DNA of 32,000 nt from Alkalilimnicola ehrlichii MLHE-1. GTDB lineage: Bacteria > Pseudomonadota > Gammaproteobacteria > Nitrococcales > Halorhodospiraceae. Position 1 is the stretch's first letter; the number at the start of each line of letters is the position of its first letter. Below are positions 6,596-15,513 of this stretch, piece after piece. A program made the position numbers and the translations under genes. Under the pieces are notes generated by a model that saw nothing but the letters and a program-made list of their open reading frames with translations, was not told where the DNA came from and did no database searches. Where the stretch lies: the NCBI RefSeq assembly GCF_000014785.1, contig NC_008340.1:990001-1022000 (forward strand). The letters run 5' to 3'.

Positions 6596-8869
6596 ATGAC
6601 TACGTATCGATTCCGACGCCGGCTGCCATTGGTCGCGGCGGCCGTGGCGATGGCCTTTGGGGCGCAGGGGGTGCACGCCGAGAGCGGCTCCCGGCTGCTG
6701 GATCGGATTACGATCACCGGCGATCCGGATCGGATACAGCCGGTTCCGGGGTCTGCACAAGCGCTCGATCGTGAGGAGCTCGAACGCCACAGTTACACCG
6801 ACCCCCACCGGGTCCTGCGCGCCGTGCCCGGCGTCAATGTGGTGGAGGAGGAGGGCCACGGTCAGTTCCCGCATATCAGCATGCGCGGTACCCCGCCCGA
6901 GCGGAACAGCCGGATCACGGTGATGGAGGATGGGGTGCTGGTGGCCCCGGCCCCCTATGCCGCGCCGGCGGCCTACTACTTCCCGCCGATGGGGCGCATG
7001 GACCGCGTCGAGGTCCAGAAGGGTTCCAGTGCCATCCGCCACGGGCCTTACACCACCGGCGGGGCGATCAACATGCTGTCGACGCCGATCCCCACCGAGA
7101 CCTCGGGCAAGGCGGATATCCTGTTCGGTACCGATAATGGCCGCCGGATCCACAGTCACGTGGGCGGTACCCGCGATATCGGCGAGGCGGGTAACCAGTT
7201 TGGTTGGCTCCTGGAGGGCTTCACGAATCAGTCCGACGGCTTCAAGCGGCTGGATAATCCGGCGTCCGGTCCCAACCAGCCCGACCTGGACACCGGCTTC
7301 GACCGCCGCAACCTGATGACCAAGCTGCGTTGGAACACCGACCCGGCGGCCGCCGTCTATCAGGAGCTGGAGTTCAAATTTGCCCGGGATGACCGCACCA
7401 TCAATGACACTTACCTGGGCCTGACCCAGGAGGACTTCGACGCCAACCCCTTCCGTCGGTATGTCGGTTCGGCCCGGGACGAGATCAATACGGAGAACGA
7501 GCTCTTCCAGCTTCGCCACTACATCACGCCCACGGCGAACACCGACCTGACCACCACCATTTACCGCACGGACACCGTCCGCAACTGGTACAAGCTCCAC
7601 GAGGTGGATGGCCAGGGTGATGGTGACTTCGTCGGCATCACGGCTATCCTGGATGATCCGGACACCTATGCCGATGAGTTGAGTTGGATCAAGGGTGACC
7701 CCAACAACGCCGGCGCGCGCGGCGCCTTGCGGGCCAATAATCGCGAGTACTTCGCCCGGGGGGTCGACCTCAAGGGGGGGTACTGGTTCGATCTGGGGAG
7801 CTGGTCCCACGAACTCGAGGTTGGGGTGCGCTACCACGAGGACGAAGAGGATCGCTTCCAGTGGCACGACATCTATGCCGTCAGCGATCAGGGCGATCTC
7901 TTCCTCGACGAGCGTGAGCCCTTCGGCTCCAAGACCAACCGGTTGACCGAGGCCGACGCCATCGCCACCTACGCGCAGAACACCATGCGCCGTGGCCCCT
8001 GGCAGATCGCCGCCGGGCTGCGCCATGAGGATATCGAGATCCGCCGGCGCGACTGGGGGACCCCGCAGCGCGATTCGGCCAGCCTGAGCCGCGATCAGTC
8101 CAACACCTATCGGGTCTGGATCCCGGGGCTGGGCGCCACCTACGACCTGGACGCCAACTGGAGTGTGCTGGCCGGTGTGCACCGTGGTTTTGCCCCGGGG
8201 GGCAGCAGCCCGGATGACAAGGAGGAGCGCAGCACCAATTACGAGGCCGGGTTCCGGTACGACAGCGGCGTGACCCGTGCCGAGGTGATCGCCTTCTATA
8301 ACGAGTACTCCAACATCAACATCGAGTGCACCGCTGTTGGCGGCGGCTGTGGCGCCGCCGACATCGGCGACACCGTCTCGGCCGGCGAGGTCGACATCTA
8401 CGGCCTGGAGGCCCTGTGGATGCACGATGTGGGGCACTCCCAGCAGTGGGGCATCGGGGTGCCCGTGAGCATCGGCTATACCCTCACCCAAAGCCGGTTC
8501 AAGCAGGACATCGGTGGTAACGCGCCCAATCAGTGGGCCAACGCCCGCCGCGGCGACTCGCTGCCCGAAGTGCCGGAGCACATGATCAATGCCAGTGTCG
8601 GGTTGGCGCAGGAGGGTTGGCGGCTCAGCCTGAACGCCAACTACGTCACCTCGGTGAAGGCCAAGGCCGACCCGGCTCTGAGCCACCAGCGGATAGACTC
8701 CCGACTGCTGCTGGACCTCTCGGGTGAGTACCGGGTCCATCGCAATGCCCGGCTGTTCGGCGCGGTGGAGAACCTGACTGACAAGGAGTATGTCGCCCAC
8801 TACCGCCCCGCCGGCGCCCGGCCCGGCAAGCCCCGCGAGTTCTGGGCGGGGGTGAAGGTCGACTTCTGA
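6596..8869 (+). CDS. TonB-dependent outer-membrane receptor (ferric-siderophore/ferric-citrate type)
   Basis: ORF 6545..8869, trimmed to the ATG at 6596 (AGGAG upstream). It has a signal peptide LPLVAAAVAMAFGAQGVHA, the TonB-box-like DRITITG and plug-domain motifs (VPGVNVVEEEGHG, ISMRG, VMEDGV). Beta-barrel repeats follow, ending in the aromatic terminus VKVDF. Confidence 0.9.
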   Translation: MTTYRFRRRLPLVAAAVAMAFGAQGVHAESGSRLLDRITITGDPDRIQPVPGSAQALDREELERHSYTDPHRVLRAVPGVNVVEEEGHGQFPHISMRGTPPERNSRITVMEDGVLVAPAPYAAPAAYYFPPMGRMDRVEVQKGSSAIRHGPYTTGGAINMLSTPIPTETSGKADILFGTDNGRRIHSHVGGTRDIGEAGNQFGWLLEGFTNQSDGFKRLDNPASGPNQPDLDTGFDRRNLMTKLRWNTDPAAAVYQELEFKFARDDRTINDTYLGLTQEDFDANPFRRYVGSARDEINTENELFQLRHYITPTANTDLTTTIYRTDTVRNWYKLHEVDGQGDGDFVGITAILDDPDTYADELSWIKGDPNNAGARGALRANNREYFARGVDLKGGYWFDLGSWSHELEVGVRYHEDEEDRFQWHDIYAVSDQGDLFLDEREPFGSKTNRLTEADAIATYAQNTMRRGPWQIAAGLRHEDIEIRRRDWGTPQRDSASLSRDQSNTYRVWIPGLGATYDLDANWSVLAGVHRGFAPGGSSPDDKEERSTNYEAGFRYDSGVTRAEVIAFYNEYSNINIECTAVGGGCGAADIGDTVSAGEVDIYGLEALWMHDVGHSQQWGIGVPVSIGYTLTQSRFKQDIGGNAPNQWANARRGDSLPEVPEHMINASVGLAQEGWRLSLNANYVTSVKAKADPALSHQRIDSRLLLDLSGEYRVHRNARLFGAVENLTDKEYVAHYRPAGARPGKPREFWAGVKVDF

Positions 8870-8923
8870 TCCGAACCCGGCTCACCGGGCAGACAGGGGT
8901 GGCTACCGGCCGCTCCACTGCGG

Positions 8924-8952
8924 CCCTCGACAGGGATGTCGGGGGCTTTTTT
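8924..8952 (+). terminator. Rho-independent terminator of the TonB receptor gene
   Basis: CCCTCGACA, loop GGGA, TGTCGGGGG forms 9 bp (one G-U pair), followed by CTTTTTTGT. Confidence 0.7.
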
Positions 8953-9036
8953 GTGTTCCCAAGCGGATTGACGCCCGGCCTACCGCAGGCGATCCTTCTC
9001 GTAACCTGACGGCGGATTCAGATTGGAGGGCTGCGA

Positions 9037-9504
9037 GTGACCGAAGCGATTAACCCGCGGGGCATGCTGGCGATGGCCCGGGACTTCTTTCAGCTTCTGC
9101 CGCACGGGCGACTGCTGGGGATTGTGGTGAACCGGGCGGATTCCGATGGTGTGGAGACGCAATTGCCCTACCGTAAGGAACTGGTGGGCGACCCGGACAC
9201 CGGTCACCTGCATGGCGGTGTCGTGACCACGCTCATCGACCAGACCAGTGGCGCCGCCGTGCTCTGCCGGCTGGGGCGGCTGGAGGCGGTGGCCACCCTG
9301 GACCTGCGGGTGGATCACCTGGGCCGGGCCGAACCGGGGTTGGCGGTGGTGGCCCGCGGTGAATGCTATCGGGTCACGCCCAATATCTGCTTCGCCCGCT
9401 GCACGGTCTTTCCGGAGGGGCGGCCCGAGCGCCCCATCGCCACCAGCATGAGCAGCTTCATGCGCACCGGCCAGGTGCCCGGCTTCGTGGAGGGCAGCCG
9501 ATGA
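9037..9504 (+). CDS. PaaI-family hotdog-fold acyl-CoA thioesterase
   Basis: GTG start with GGAGGG upstream. It has the hotdog signature HLHGGVVTTLIDQTSGAA and is of typical size (155 aa). Confidence 0.8.
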   Translation: MTEAINPRGMLAMARDFFQLLPHGRLLGIVVNRADSDGVETQLPYRKELVGDPDTGHLHGGVVTTLIDQTSGAAVLCRLGRLEAVATLDLRVDHLGRAEPGLAVVARGECYRVTPNICFARCTVFPEGRPERPIATSMSSFMRTGQVPGFVEGSR

Positions 9505-9953
9505 ACGAGCATAACCTGCAGCCCTCCCTGGAGGCCCTCCGCGACCAGCTGCGCGGCTGGCCCTACGCCCGCTTGATCGGCATGGGTGTCGAACTGCGTA
9601 ACGGGGGGCTGGGCTTTAGGTTGACCTACCGCGATGAGCTGATCGGCAACCCGGCGTTGCCGGCGATCCACGGGGGTGTGCTCGGGGGGTTCATGGAGCT
9701 GGCGGCCCAGGCGCAGATCCTGTGGGAGGTGGGCCACGAGCTGGAAGGGTTGCCGCGGGTGGTGGATTTCTCCATTGACTACCTGCGGCCGGGCCGGCCG
9801 GAGGATGTGATGGCCGACTGCCGGGTGTGGCGCCAGGGTCAGCGGGTGGCGAACATCGCCGTGGTCGCCTGGCAGGGCGATCCGGAGCGGATCATCGCCA
9901 CCGCGCGCGGACACTTCCTGATGCCCGCCGCGGCGCACCCGCCCCGGTCCTGA
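9501..9953 (+). CDS. PaaI-family hotdog-fold acyl-CoA thioesterase (second paralogue)
   Basis: The ATG at 9501 overlaps the upstream stop (ATGA). The product begins MNEHNLQPSLEALR and carries AIHGGVLGGFMELAAQA. It lies inside track ORF 9363..9953. Confidence 0.8.
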   Translation: MNEHNLQPSLEALRDQLRGWPYARLIGMGVELRNGGLGFRLTYRDELIGNPALPAIHGGVLGGFMELAAQAQILWEVGHELEGLPRVVDFSIDYLRPGRPEDVMADCRVWRQGQRVANIAVVAWQGDPERIIATARGHFLMPAAAHPPRS

Positions 9954-10034
9954 GTGGGGCAGGGCGGTGCGGAGGCCCCGTGCCGCACCGGGGCCGCACG
10001 CCCAAGCCCAGGGGCTGTCCCGGCACGGCCGGGG

Positions 10035-10658
10035 TCAGGCCTTGCCCTGGCGCTTCTCCCCCTGCTTTTCCTGGCTCTTGGCGGGGGATGCCTCCGTCTG
10101 TTTTTTCTCGGTATTGGCGGGGCGTTCCTCTGTCTGCTTTTTCTCGGTCTTGCCAGAGTGCTCCTCCGCCTGCTTTTTCCCGGACTCGCTGGGCCCTGAG
10201 GCCTTCGGCGCGGCCGTCTTGGAGGCCGGCGTCTGGCGCGCCTGGGGGTAGTCGGAGGGCTGCTTCGGGGGCGGTGTGCTCTCTTCGGTCCCGGCGGCGG
10301 TCTCGTCGGTCTCCGCATCTGCGGTGCCGTAGTCCAGCGCCTCCTCGCCCTGGCGGGCCGGGTCCGCCTCCAGCAACGGGCCGCTCGGGCCCACGCCCAG
10401 CTTACCGCTACTCTCCGCCATGTGGTTGTAAAGCGAGCGGTAGGCGCCGGTCATGTCCTTGAACAGCTCGGCGGTCTTCTCGAAGTGGTTGGTGACCTCC
10501 TGCTTATAGGCCTCGTGCTCGGCCCGGGTCTCTTCCAGCTGCTCCTCCAGCTTGTGCGACTGGCCGGAGCCCGAGCCCGTGGCACGGCCTACGACAAAGC
10601 CCACGATGGCGACGGCCACCAGGCCCAGAAAAATGATCAGCAGCTCTCCTCCGGTCAT
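10035..10658 (-). CDS. yhcB: YhcB/DUF1043-family inner-membrane protein with an extended Lys/Glu-rich repetitive C-terminal tail
   Basis: ORF 10035..10703, trimmed to the ATG at 10658 (GGAG upstream). It has a single N-terminal TM helix (LLIIFLGLVAVAIVGFVVG) and a coiled-coil with EVTNHFEKTAELFKDMTGAYRSLYNHM, typical of YhcB. Confidence 0.7.
   Translation of the reverse strand: MTGGELLIIFLGLVAVAIVGFVVGRATGSGSGQSHKLEEQLEETRAEHEAYKQEVTNHFEKTAELFKDMTGAYRSLYNHMAESSGKLGVGPSGPLLEADPARQGEEALDYGTADAETDETAAGTEESTPPPKQPSDYPQARQTPASKTAAPKASGPSESGKKQAEEHSGKTEKKQTEERPANTEKKQTEASPAKSQEKQGEKRQGKA
10055..10198. repeat. About four in-frame 36-bp tandem repeats inside yhcB
   Basis: The units run 10091..10126, 10127..10162 and 10163..10198, plus a degenerate unit before them. 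All begin CCTC(C/T)G(T/C)CTG(C/T)TTTTT(C)TC. They encode 12-aa TEKKQTE-like repeats. Confidence 0.7.
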
Positions 10659-10746
10659 TGGTTTGGTACTCCGCCTTATTGATGAGGGTGCCCGATGAAC
10701 CATGCACCAAAGCCCCGGTCAGTGCAACGGCACGCCGCAAGGGGGT

Positions 10747-13700
10747 TCAGGCTTCCGCGGCACCGGTCAGCAGCCGTTTTATCCCCCTGCCGCAGCGGTT
10801 GGCAATCAGGTACAGGCAGGGCACCACAAACAGCGTGAGCAGCATGGCCGAGAGCAGCCCGCCCACCACCACCAGCGCGAGCGGCTGCATGAGGTCGGAG
10901 CCGGCCCCCATGCCGATCGCCAGCGGGGTCATGCCCGCCACCGTGGTCAGGGTGGTCATGAGGATAGGGCGCAGGCGCACGGCGCCGGCCTCCACCGCAG
11001 CCTCGGCGTCGTTCAGGCCGGCGTCGCGACGGCCGATCTCGATGTATTCCACCAGCAGTATCGCGTTGTTGACCACGACCCCGATGAGCACCACGGCGCC
11101 CAGCATGACCGGCGTGGTGAAGGGCGTGCCGGTCAGCCACAGCGCCAGCAGCCCGCCGGTGAGTGCCAGCGGTGCGGTGGCCAGGATGACCAGCGGATTG
11201 ACCAGTCGCTCGTACTGTACGGCGAGCACCGTGAAGACCAGGAGCAGCGACAGGGCCACCACCTGCAGCAACTGTTGCCGGGTCTCCTGTACGGTCTCGT
11301 CGGCGCCCCCGTACAACAGGCTGTAGCCGGCCGGCAGCTCGAAGTCGGCGAGGGTGTCGCGCACCATGCGGCCCGCCGCGCCCAGGTCGGTCTGCAGGCG
11401 GTCCACGTCGGCCTCCACCCGCAGGATCCGGGTCTGATTCTCCCGCTCGATGTGCGCCGGGCTGTCGCCGAGCACGAAATCGGCCAGCTCCCTCAGGTAG
11501 ACCGGGCCCCGGCCGTTGTCAGGGAGTACCGTGACGTCGCCCAGCCCGTCGCTGGTGGTGACCGTGCCCGGGGGCAGGCGCAGCCGGATGTCGTAGTCGG
11601 CGTTGGGGGTGCTGAAGCGGGTGGGGGTGATGCCGTCCACCGCCACCCGCGCCGCCCGGGCCGCTTCCTCGGCGGTGACCCCCAGCGCCTTGGCCCGTTC
11701 CCGGTCCAGGTGGATGCTGACCATGGGGGTGCGGTCGTCGCGGGCGATCTCCACGTTGGTCAGCCCCGGCAGGCGTTCCAGCCGGCGCACGATCTCGCGT
11801 CCGGCGCTGTCCAGTGTACGCAGGTCGTCGCCGACCACGCCGACGGAGATGTCCGCCTCCGACGGCCCCAGTCGCAGGCTGCGCAGGCTGGGTGGGCGCA
11901 CCACGGCGCGGCCGCCGGGAAAATCCTCGGCATCCAGCTCCGTCTGCAGTTTCCGCACCCAACGTTCGGCCGGCCAGTCGGGGCGCTCATCACCCGGCGT
12001 CAGTTGGATGGAGAAGCGGGCGGTGGCATTGCGGATGTTGAGAATGCCGCCATGCAGATGCCCCCCCACCAGACTGAACACGCTCTCCACATGGGGCATC
12101 CGCCCGATCACCGCTTCCGCCGTCTTCGCAGCCTCCAGCGTGGCCTCCGGCGGGGTGCCCGAGGGCAGACGGATGAAGGCGGAAACGCGCCCGTCGTCCA
12201 CCGGCGGCAGGAAGTCACTGCCGAGGTCCCGGGCCAGGAAGGCGGAACTGCCCAGCAGCGCGATCGCCAGCCCCACCACCAGCCAGGGCACCCGGACGGC
12301 CCCCCGCAGCAGCCGGCGATAGCCCCGGGTGGTGGCCTCCAGTCCGGCGCCGAAGCCGCGTATGGGGAGGGTGTCGCTGAGACCGCTCTGCCAGCGCAGC
12401 CGGGCGAGCAGGGTGGTGAGCATGGGCACCAGGGTGACCGCCGCGGCCAGCGAGGCCACGATGGCGAAGGAGATGGTCAGGATTAACTCCCGGAACAGCA
12501 GCGCGGCGACGCCACTGACCAGCAGGAAGGGGGTCACCGCCGCCAGGTTGGTCAGGGTGGCGGCCAGCACCGCGGAGAAGACCTCGCGGGCGCCTTCGTG
12601 GGCGGCCGCCTCCGGCGACTTGCCGAGCTGCTCGCGGTGGCGGGCGATGTTCTCGCTCATCACGATGGCGTTGTCCAGCAACAGCCCCACCCCGAGGGCC
12701 AGGCCCCCCAGGCTCATCACGTTGAGGGTCAGGCCGCTGACGCCCAGCAGGGCAAAGGTGGCCGCCACTGCGATGGGGATGGAAAGGCCGATGGCCAGAC
12801 CGCGTCGCAGGCTGCCGAGGAAGAAGAGCACCAGCACCATCGCCAGCACCCCGCCGAGCAGGGCGGCCGTGGCCACCGCCTGCACCGAGCCGCGGATGAA
12901 GTGGCCCGGGTCCCGGGTGGTGGCGAACTGCAGGTCCTCGGTGATAAAGCCCGAGGCCTGCAACGCCTCCAGACGCGCCTGTACGGCCTCCACCACCTGT
13001 ACGGTGTTGGCGTCCGGCTGCTTGTAGACGGAGAGCTGGGTGGCCTCGCGGCCGTTCAGGCGGGCAAAGATGCGCTGGTCCTGGTGGCCGTCGACCACCT
13101 GCGCCACCTCGGAGAGGGGGATGCGCTGGTCGGAACCCGGCACGTCCAGCAGCACCTGGGCGATATCATTGACGCGGCGGAACCGCCCGTCGGTACGGGT
13201 CATTACGTCAAAGTGGGCGGAGGTGATCTGGCCGGCGGGCACGTCCACGTTTTCACTGACCAGGGCACGCTCCACGTCGGCGAAGCCCAGGCCGTAGCTG
13301 TTGAGTCGGGTCTGGTCGAGCAGCACCTGGATCTCGCGCACCACCCCGCCGGCCACCGAGACCGAACCCACCCCGGTGACGGTGTTCAGTTGTGGGGCCA
13401 GGCGGTTCTCCAGCCAGTCGCGAACCTCCGGTGGGGTGCGGGTGGAGGAGGTGAACCCCGCCTGGAAGACCGGGTCCTGGGCCGGGTCGAAGCGGTAGAG
13501 CCGCGGCGGCTCGATGTCCGGCGGCATCTGGGTGCGGGCGAGCTCCAGGTAGCGGGCCGCCTCCTGGATGGCCAGATCCAGGTCGCTGCCGTACTCCAGG
13601 AAGAGATTGACGTTGGTGCGACCCTCGGAGGCCCGGCTCTCCAGGCTCACCAGGTTCTCCACCGAGGCCAAGTTCTGCTCCAGCACCCGGGTCACCTGCT

Positions 13701-13920
13701 GCTCCATCACCTCCGGCGCGGCGCCGGGGTAGTTCACGGTGACCCGGATCTGCGGGTATTCCACAGCCGGCAGCAGGTCCAGCGGCAGTCGGCCTATGCT
13801 GTAGAGGCCCAGCAGGAGGACCAGAAAGGCGATGGCCAGCGTGCCCACCGGGCGCCGGATGGCGGCGTTTGCCAGGCTCCCCGGGCGGCTGTCGCGGAAG
13901 TCACGGGCCAGCCGGGTCAT
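10747..13920 (-). CDS. RND efflux pump inner-membrane permease (AcrB/HAE-type)
   Basis: ORF 10747..13941. The start is set at the ATG at 13920, which overlaps the adaptor stop (ATGA). The product is about 1057 aa with the RND N-terminus AIRRPVGTLAIAFLVLLLG and two large periplasmic loops between 12 TM segments. Confidence 0.92.
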   Translation of the reverse strand: MTRLARDFRDSRPGSLANAAIRRPVGTLAIAFLVLLLGLYSIGRLPLDLLPAVEYPQIRVTVNYPGAAPEVMEQQVTRVLEQNLASVENLVSLESRASEGRTNVNLFLEYGSDLDLAIQEAARYLELARTQMPPDIEPPRLYRFDPAQDPVFQAGFTSSTRTPPEVRDWLENRLAPQLNTVTGVGSVSVAGGVVREIQVLLDQTRLNSYGLGFADVERALVSENVDVPAGQITSAHFDVMTRTDGRFRRVNDIAQVLLDVPGSDQRIPLSEVAQVVDGHQDQRIFARLNGREATQLSVYKQPDANTVQVVEAVQARLEALQASGFITEDLQFATTRDPGHFIRGSVQAVATAALLGGVLAMVLVLFFLGSLRRGLAIGLSIPIAVAATFALLGVSGLTLNVMSLGGLALGVGLLLDNAIVMSENIARHREQLGKSPEAAAHEGAREVFSAVLAATLTNLAAVTPFLLVSGVAALLFRELILTISFAIVASLAAAVTLVPMLTTLLARLRWQSGLSDTLPIRGFGAGLEATTRGYRRLLRGAVRVPWLVVGLAIALLGSSAFLARDLGSDFLPPVDDGRVSAFIRLPSGTPPEATLEAAKTAEAVIGRMPHVESVFSLVGGHLHGGILNIRNATARFSIQLTPGDERPDWPAERWVRKLQTELDAEDFPGGRAVVRPPSLRSLRLGPSEADISVGVVGDDLRTLDSAGREIVRRLERLPGLTNVEIARDDRTPMVSIHLDRERAKALGVTAEEAARAARVAVDGITPTRFSTPNADYDIRLRLPPGTVTTSDGLGDVTVLPDNGRGPVYLRELADFVLGDSPAHIERENQTRILRVEADVDRLQTDLGAAGRMVRDTLADFELPAGYSLLYGGADETVQETRQQLLQVVALSLLLVFTVLAVQYERLVNPLVILATAPLALTGGLLALWLTGTPFTTPVMLGAVVLIGVVVNNAILLVEYIEIGRRDAGLNDAEAAVEAGAVRLRPILMTTLTTVAGMTPLAIGMGAGSDLMQPLALVVVGGLLSAMLLTLFVVPCLYLIANRCGRGIKRLLTGAAEA

Positions 13921-15008
13921 CCGTCGTCCCCGGCATACCATTGGATGACCCGCACCCGGTCACCTTCGTTGAAGGTGAGCGGATTGACCGCCAGCACCAC
14001 CTCGCCCGTTGCCAGGCCCTGCAGGATCTCGGTCCAGCCGCGGCGACTGACGCCCGCCTGCACCTCGCGCTGCTCCAACTGCCCGTTGGCGATCACATAG
14101 ACATAGTGCTCGCCCGGCGCTGCCGCTCCGAGCGCCTGCGAGGGCACCGCCAGGCGGCCGGGGCGCGGGTCCACCATCAGTGTGACCCGGGTCAGGTAGC
14201 CGGGGCGCAGGCGCCCGGCCGGGGTCTCCGCGTCGATCGCCACCTCGACGGTCACCAGCCGACTGGATGGATCCGCGCTGGGGTGGATGCGCCGGATCTC
14301 GCCCGCGATGGGTTCACCGCCCAGGGCGTCGGGCCGCAGGAGGGCCGTCTGGCCCCGCTGCAGGTGCTGGATGTCCAGCTCCGAGACCCCGATGCGGGCC
14401 AGCAGGGTGTCCACCTCCGCCAGTTCGAACAGCAGATCGCCGCTACCGATGCCGTCGCCGGCCTCCACGGGGCGATGCAGGACGGTGCCGTCCAGCGGGG
14501 CCCGCACCTCGCCGTGGCGGACCCGGGCCCGCCAGAGCTCGCGCTCGCTCTGCGCCACCCGCAGCTCCGCCTCCATCGCTTCGAACTCGGCGGTCGAGGC
14601 CAGGTCCCGTTCCCGCAGTCGACGGTAGCGCTCATAGCGGGCCTCGGCATCCACCAATCGGGCCTCCGCGCGGGCAAGCTCCGCGCGCTGCTCGCTGACG
14701 TCGATTCGGGCCAGCAACTCCCCCTCTGCCACGCGGTCGCCCACCTCGGCATCCAGCTCCGAGAGCGCCCCCGCGATACGGCTGGTGACCCGTACGCGCC
14801 GGAGCGGCTCCAGGTTGCCCGCCACCGAAACGCGGCGGGAGAGGTCCCGGGGCGTGATCTCCACCCCGATAACCGGGGTGGCGCGCGGGGCGTCGCGGTC
14901 ATTGTCATCGGCCCGGGCGTCGCTCGGGCCGACGCCGGCGAGCAGCCCCAGCAGCAATAGCAGCGCGGGGAGGCGGGGCGCGACGGTTGTGCGTGGCGGA
15001 TAAGGCAT
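13917..15008 (-). CDS. RND efflux periplasmic adaptor (membrane-fusion protein)
   Basis: Signal peptide PRLPALLLLLGLLAGVG, then lipoyl/hairpin coiled-coil (RAELARAEARLVDAEARYERYRRL) and beta-barrel regions. It is translationally coupled to the RND permease. Confidence 0.9.
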   Translation of the reverse strand: MPYPPRTTVAPRLPALLLLLGLLAGVGPSDARADDNDRDAPRATPVIGVEITPRDLSRRVSVAGNLEPLRRVRVTSRIAGALSELDAEVGDRVAEGELLARIDVSEQRAELARAEARLVDAEARYERYRRLRERDLASTAEFEAMEAELRVAQSERELWRARVRHGEVRAPLDGTVLHRPVEAGDGIGSGDLLFELAEVDTLLARIGVSELDIQHLQRGQTALLRPDALGGEPIAGEIRRIHPSADPSSRLVTVEVAIDAETPAGRLRPGYLTRVTLMVDPRPGRLAVPSQALGAAAPGEHYVYVIANGQLEQREVQAGVSRRGWTEILQGLATGEVVLAVNPLTFNEGDRVRVIQWYAGDDG

Positions 15009-15117
15009 GGGCGAACACCAGAAGGCTCAGGGTCTCGATTGTAGCGCCGGGCGGGGGCGGACGTCCGCCCGGAATCGCGCCTGGCCCCCGGGCGGGCCGC
15101 CATTGCCCATCGGGTAC

Positions 15118-15145
15118 TTCACTTTGCCCGCAAAACCGGTACAAT
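15118..15145 (+). promoter_or_regulatory. Candidate sigma-70 promoter of the rpsP operon
   Basis: TTCACT (15118..15123), 16 nt, TACAAT (15140..15145), about 85 nt upstream of rpsP. Confidence 0.35.
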
Positions 15146-15230
15146 GCCCGGCTTACTCAAGTTTGCCGTGGCCGTGTCTGCATCATCAGGTGGGCACGGC
15201 TTTGTTCAGTTGAAGAGGTTGGTTTACGCA

Positions 15231-15497
15231 ATGGTAACCATTCGTCTGGCGAGGACCGGAGCCAAGAAGCGCCCGTTTTACCACATCGTGGTGACGGACA
15301 GCCGCAACCCCCGTGATGGCCGCTTCATTGAGCGCCTGGGCTTTTTTAACCCCATTGCCGCCGGCAAGGAAGAGCCCCTGCGGGTGGACGTGGAGCGCGC
15401 GCGCCACTGGCTGGACAAGGGGGCCCGCCCGTCCGAGCGTGCCGCCCAGCTGCTGCGCAAGGCGGAGAAGCAGGGCGCTGCCGAGGCTGCCGAGTAA
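15231..15497 (+). CDS. rpsP: 30S ribosomal protein S16
   Basis: [41 protein letters not shown] is the canonical S16 N-terminus. The ATG is at 15231, inside ORF 15144..15497. Confidence 0.95.
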   Translation: MVTIRLARTGAKKRPFYHIVVTDSRNPRDGRFIERLGFFNPIAAGKEEPLRVDVERARHWLDKGARPSERAAQLLRKAEKQGAAEAAE

Positions 15498-15513
15498 CAC
15501 GGCATTGCACGGT

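Noticed and set aside
6455-6596. Riboswitch (cobalamin or TPP) in the TonB receptor leader
   Set aside because: I looked for a B12-box core (GCCACTG) and the TPP CTGAGA motif and found neither. The leader is too short for those aptamers. An Rfam/Infernal scan would settle this.
6590-8800. 736-aa ORF on the minus strand
   Set aside because: It is entirely antisense to the well-supported TonB-dependent receptor. Its composition is the Gly/Arg/Pro/Ala/His/Val-rich pattern typical of stop-free antisense frames in GC-rich DNA, with no recognisable motif.
9827-10462. ORFs 9827..10462 + and 9839..10318 - (Pro/Arg/Ser-rich repeats)
   Set aside because: These are alternative-frame readings of the yhcB repeat region and the convergent terminator zone. 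The YhcB frame has a TM helix and the conserved family core.
10702-14100. Long plus-strand ORFs (10702..12486, 12598..14100 and shorter ones)
   Set aside because: They are antisense to the RND permease. The sequences are Arg/Gly/His/Gln-rich and low-complexity, with no domains. They are GC-driven artifacts.
10747-15008. RND adaptor plus pump without an adjacent outer-membrane factor, considered as an anomaly
   Set aside because: Two-gene RND operons that use a TolC-like channel encoded elsewhere are common. This is not unusual.
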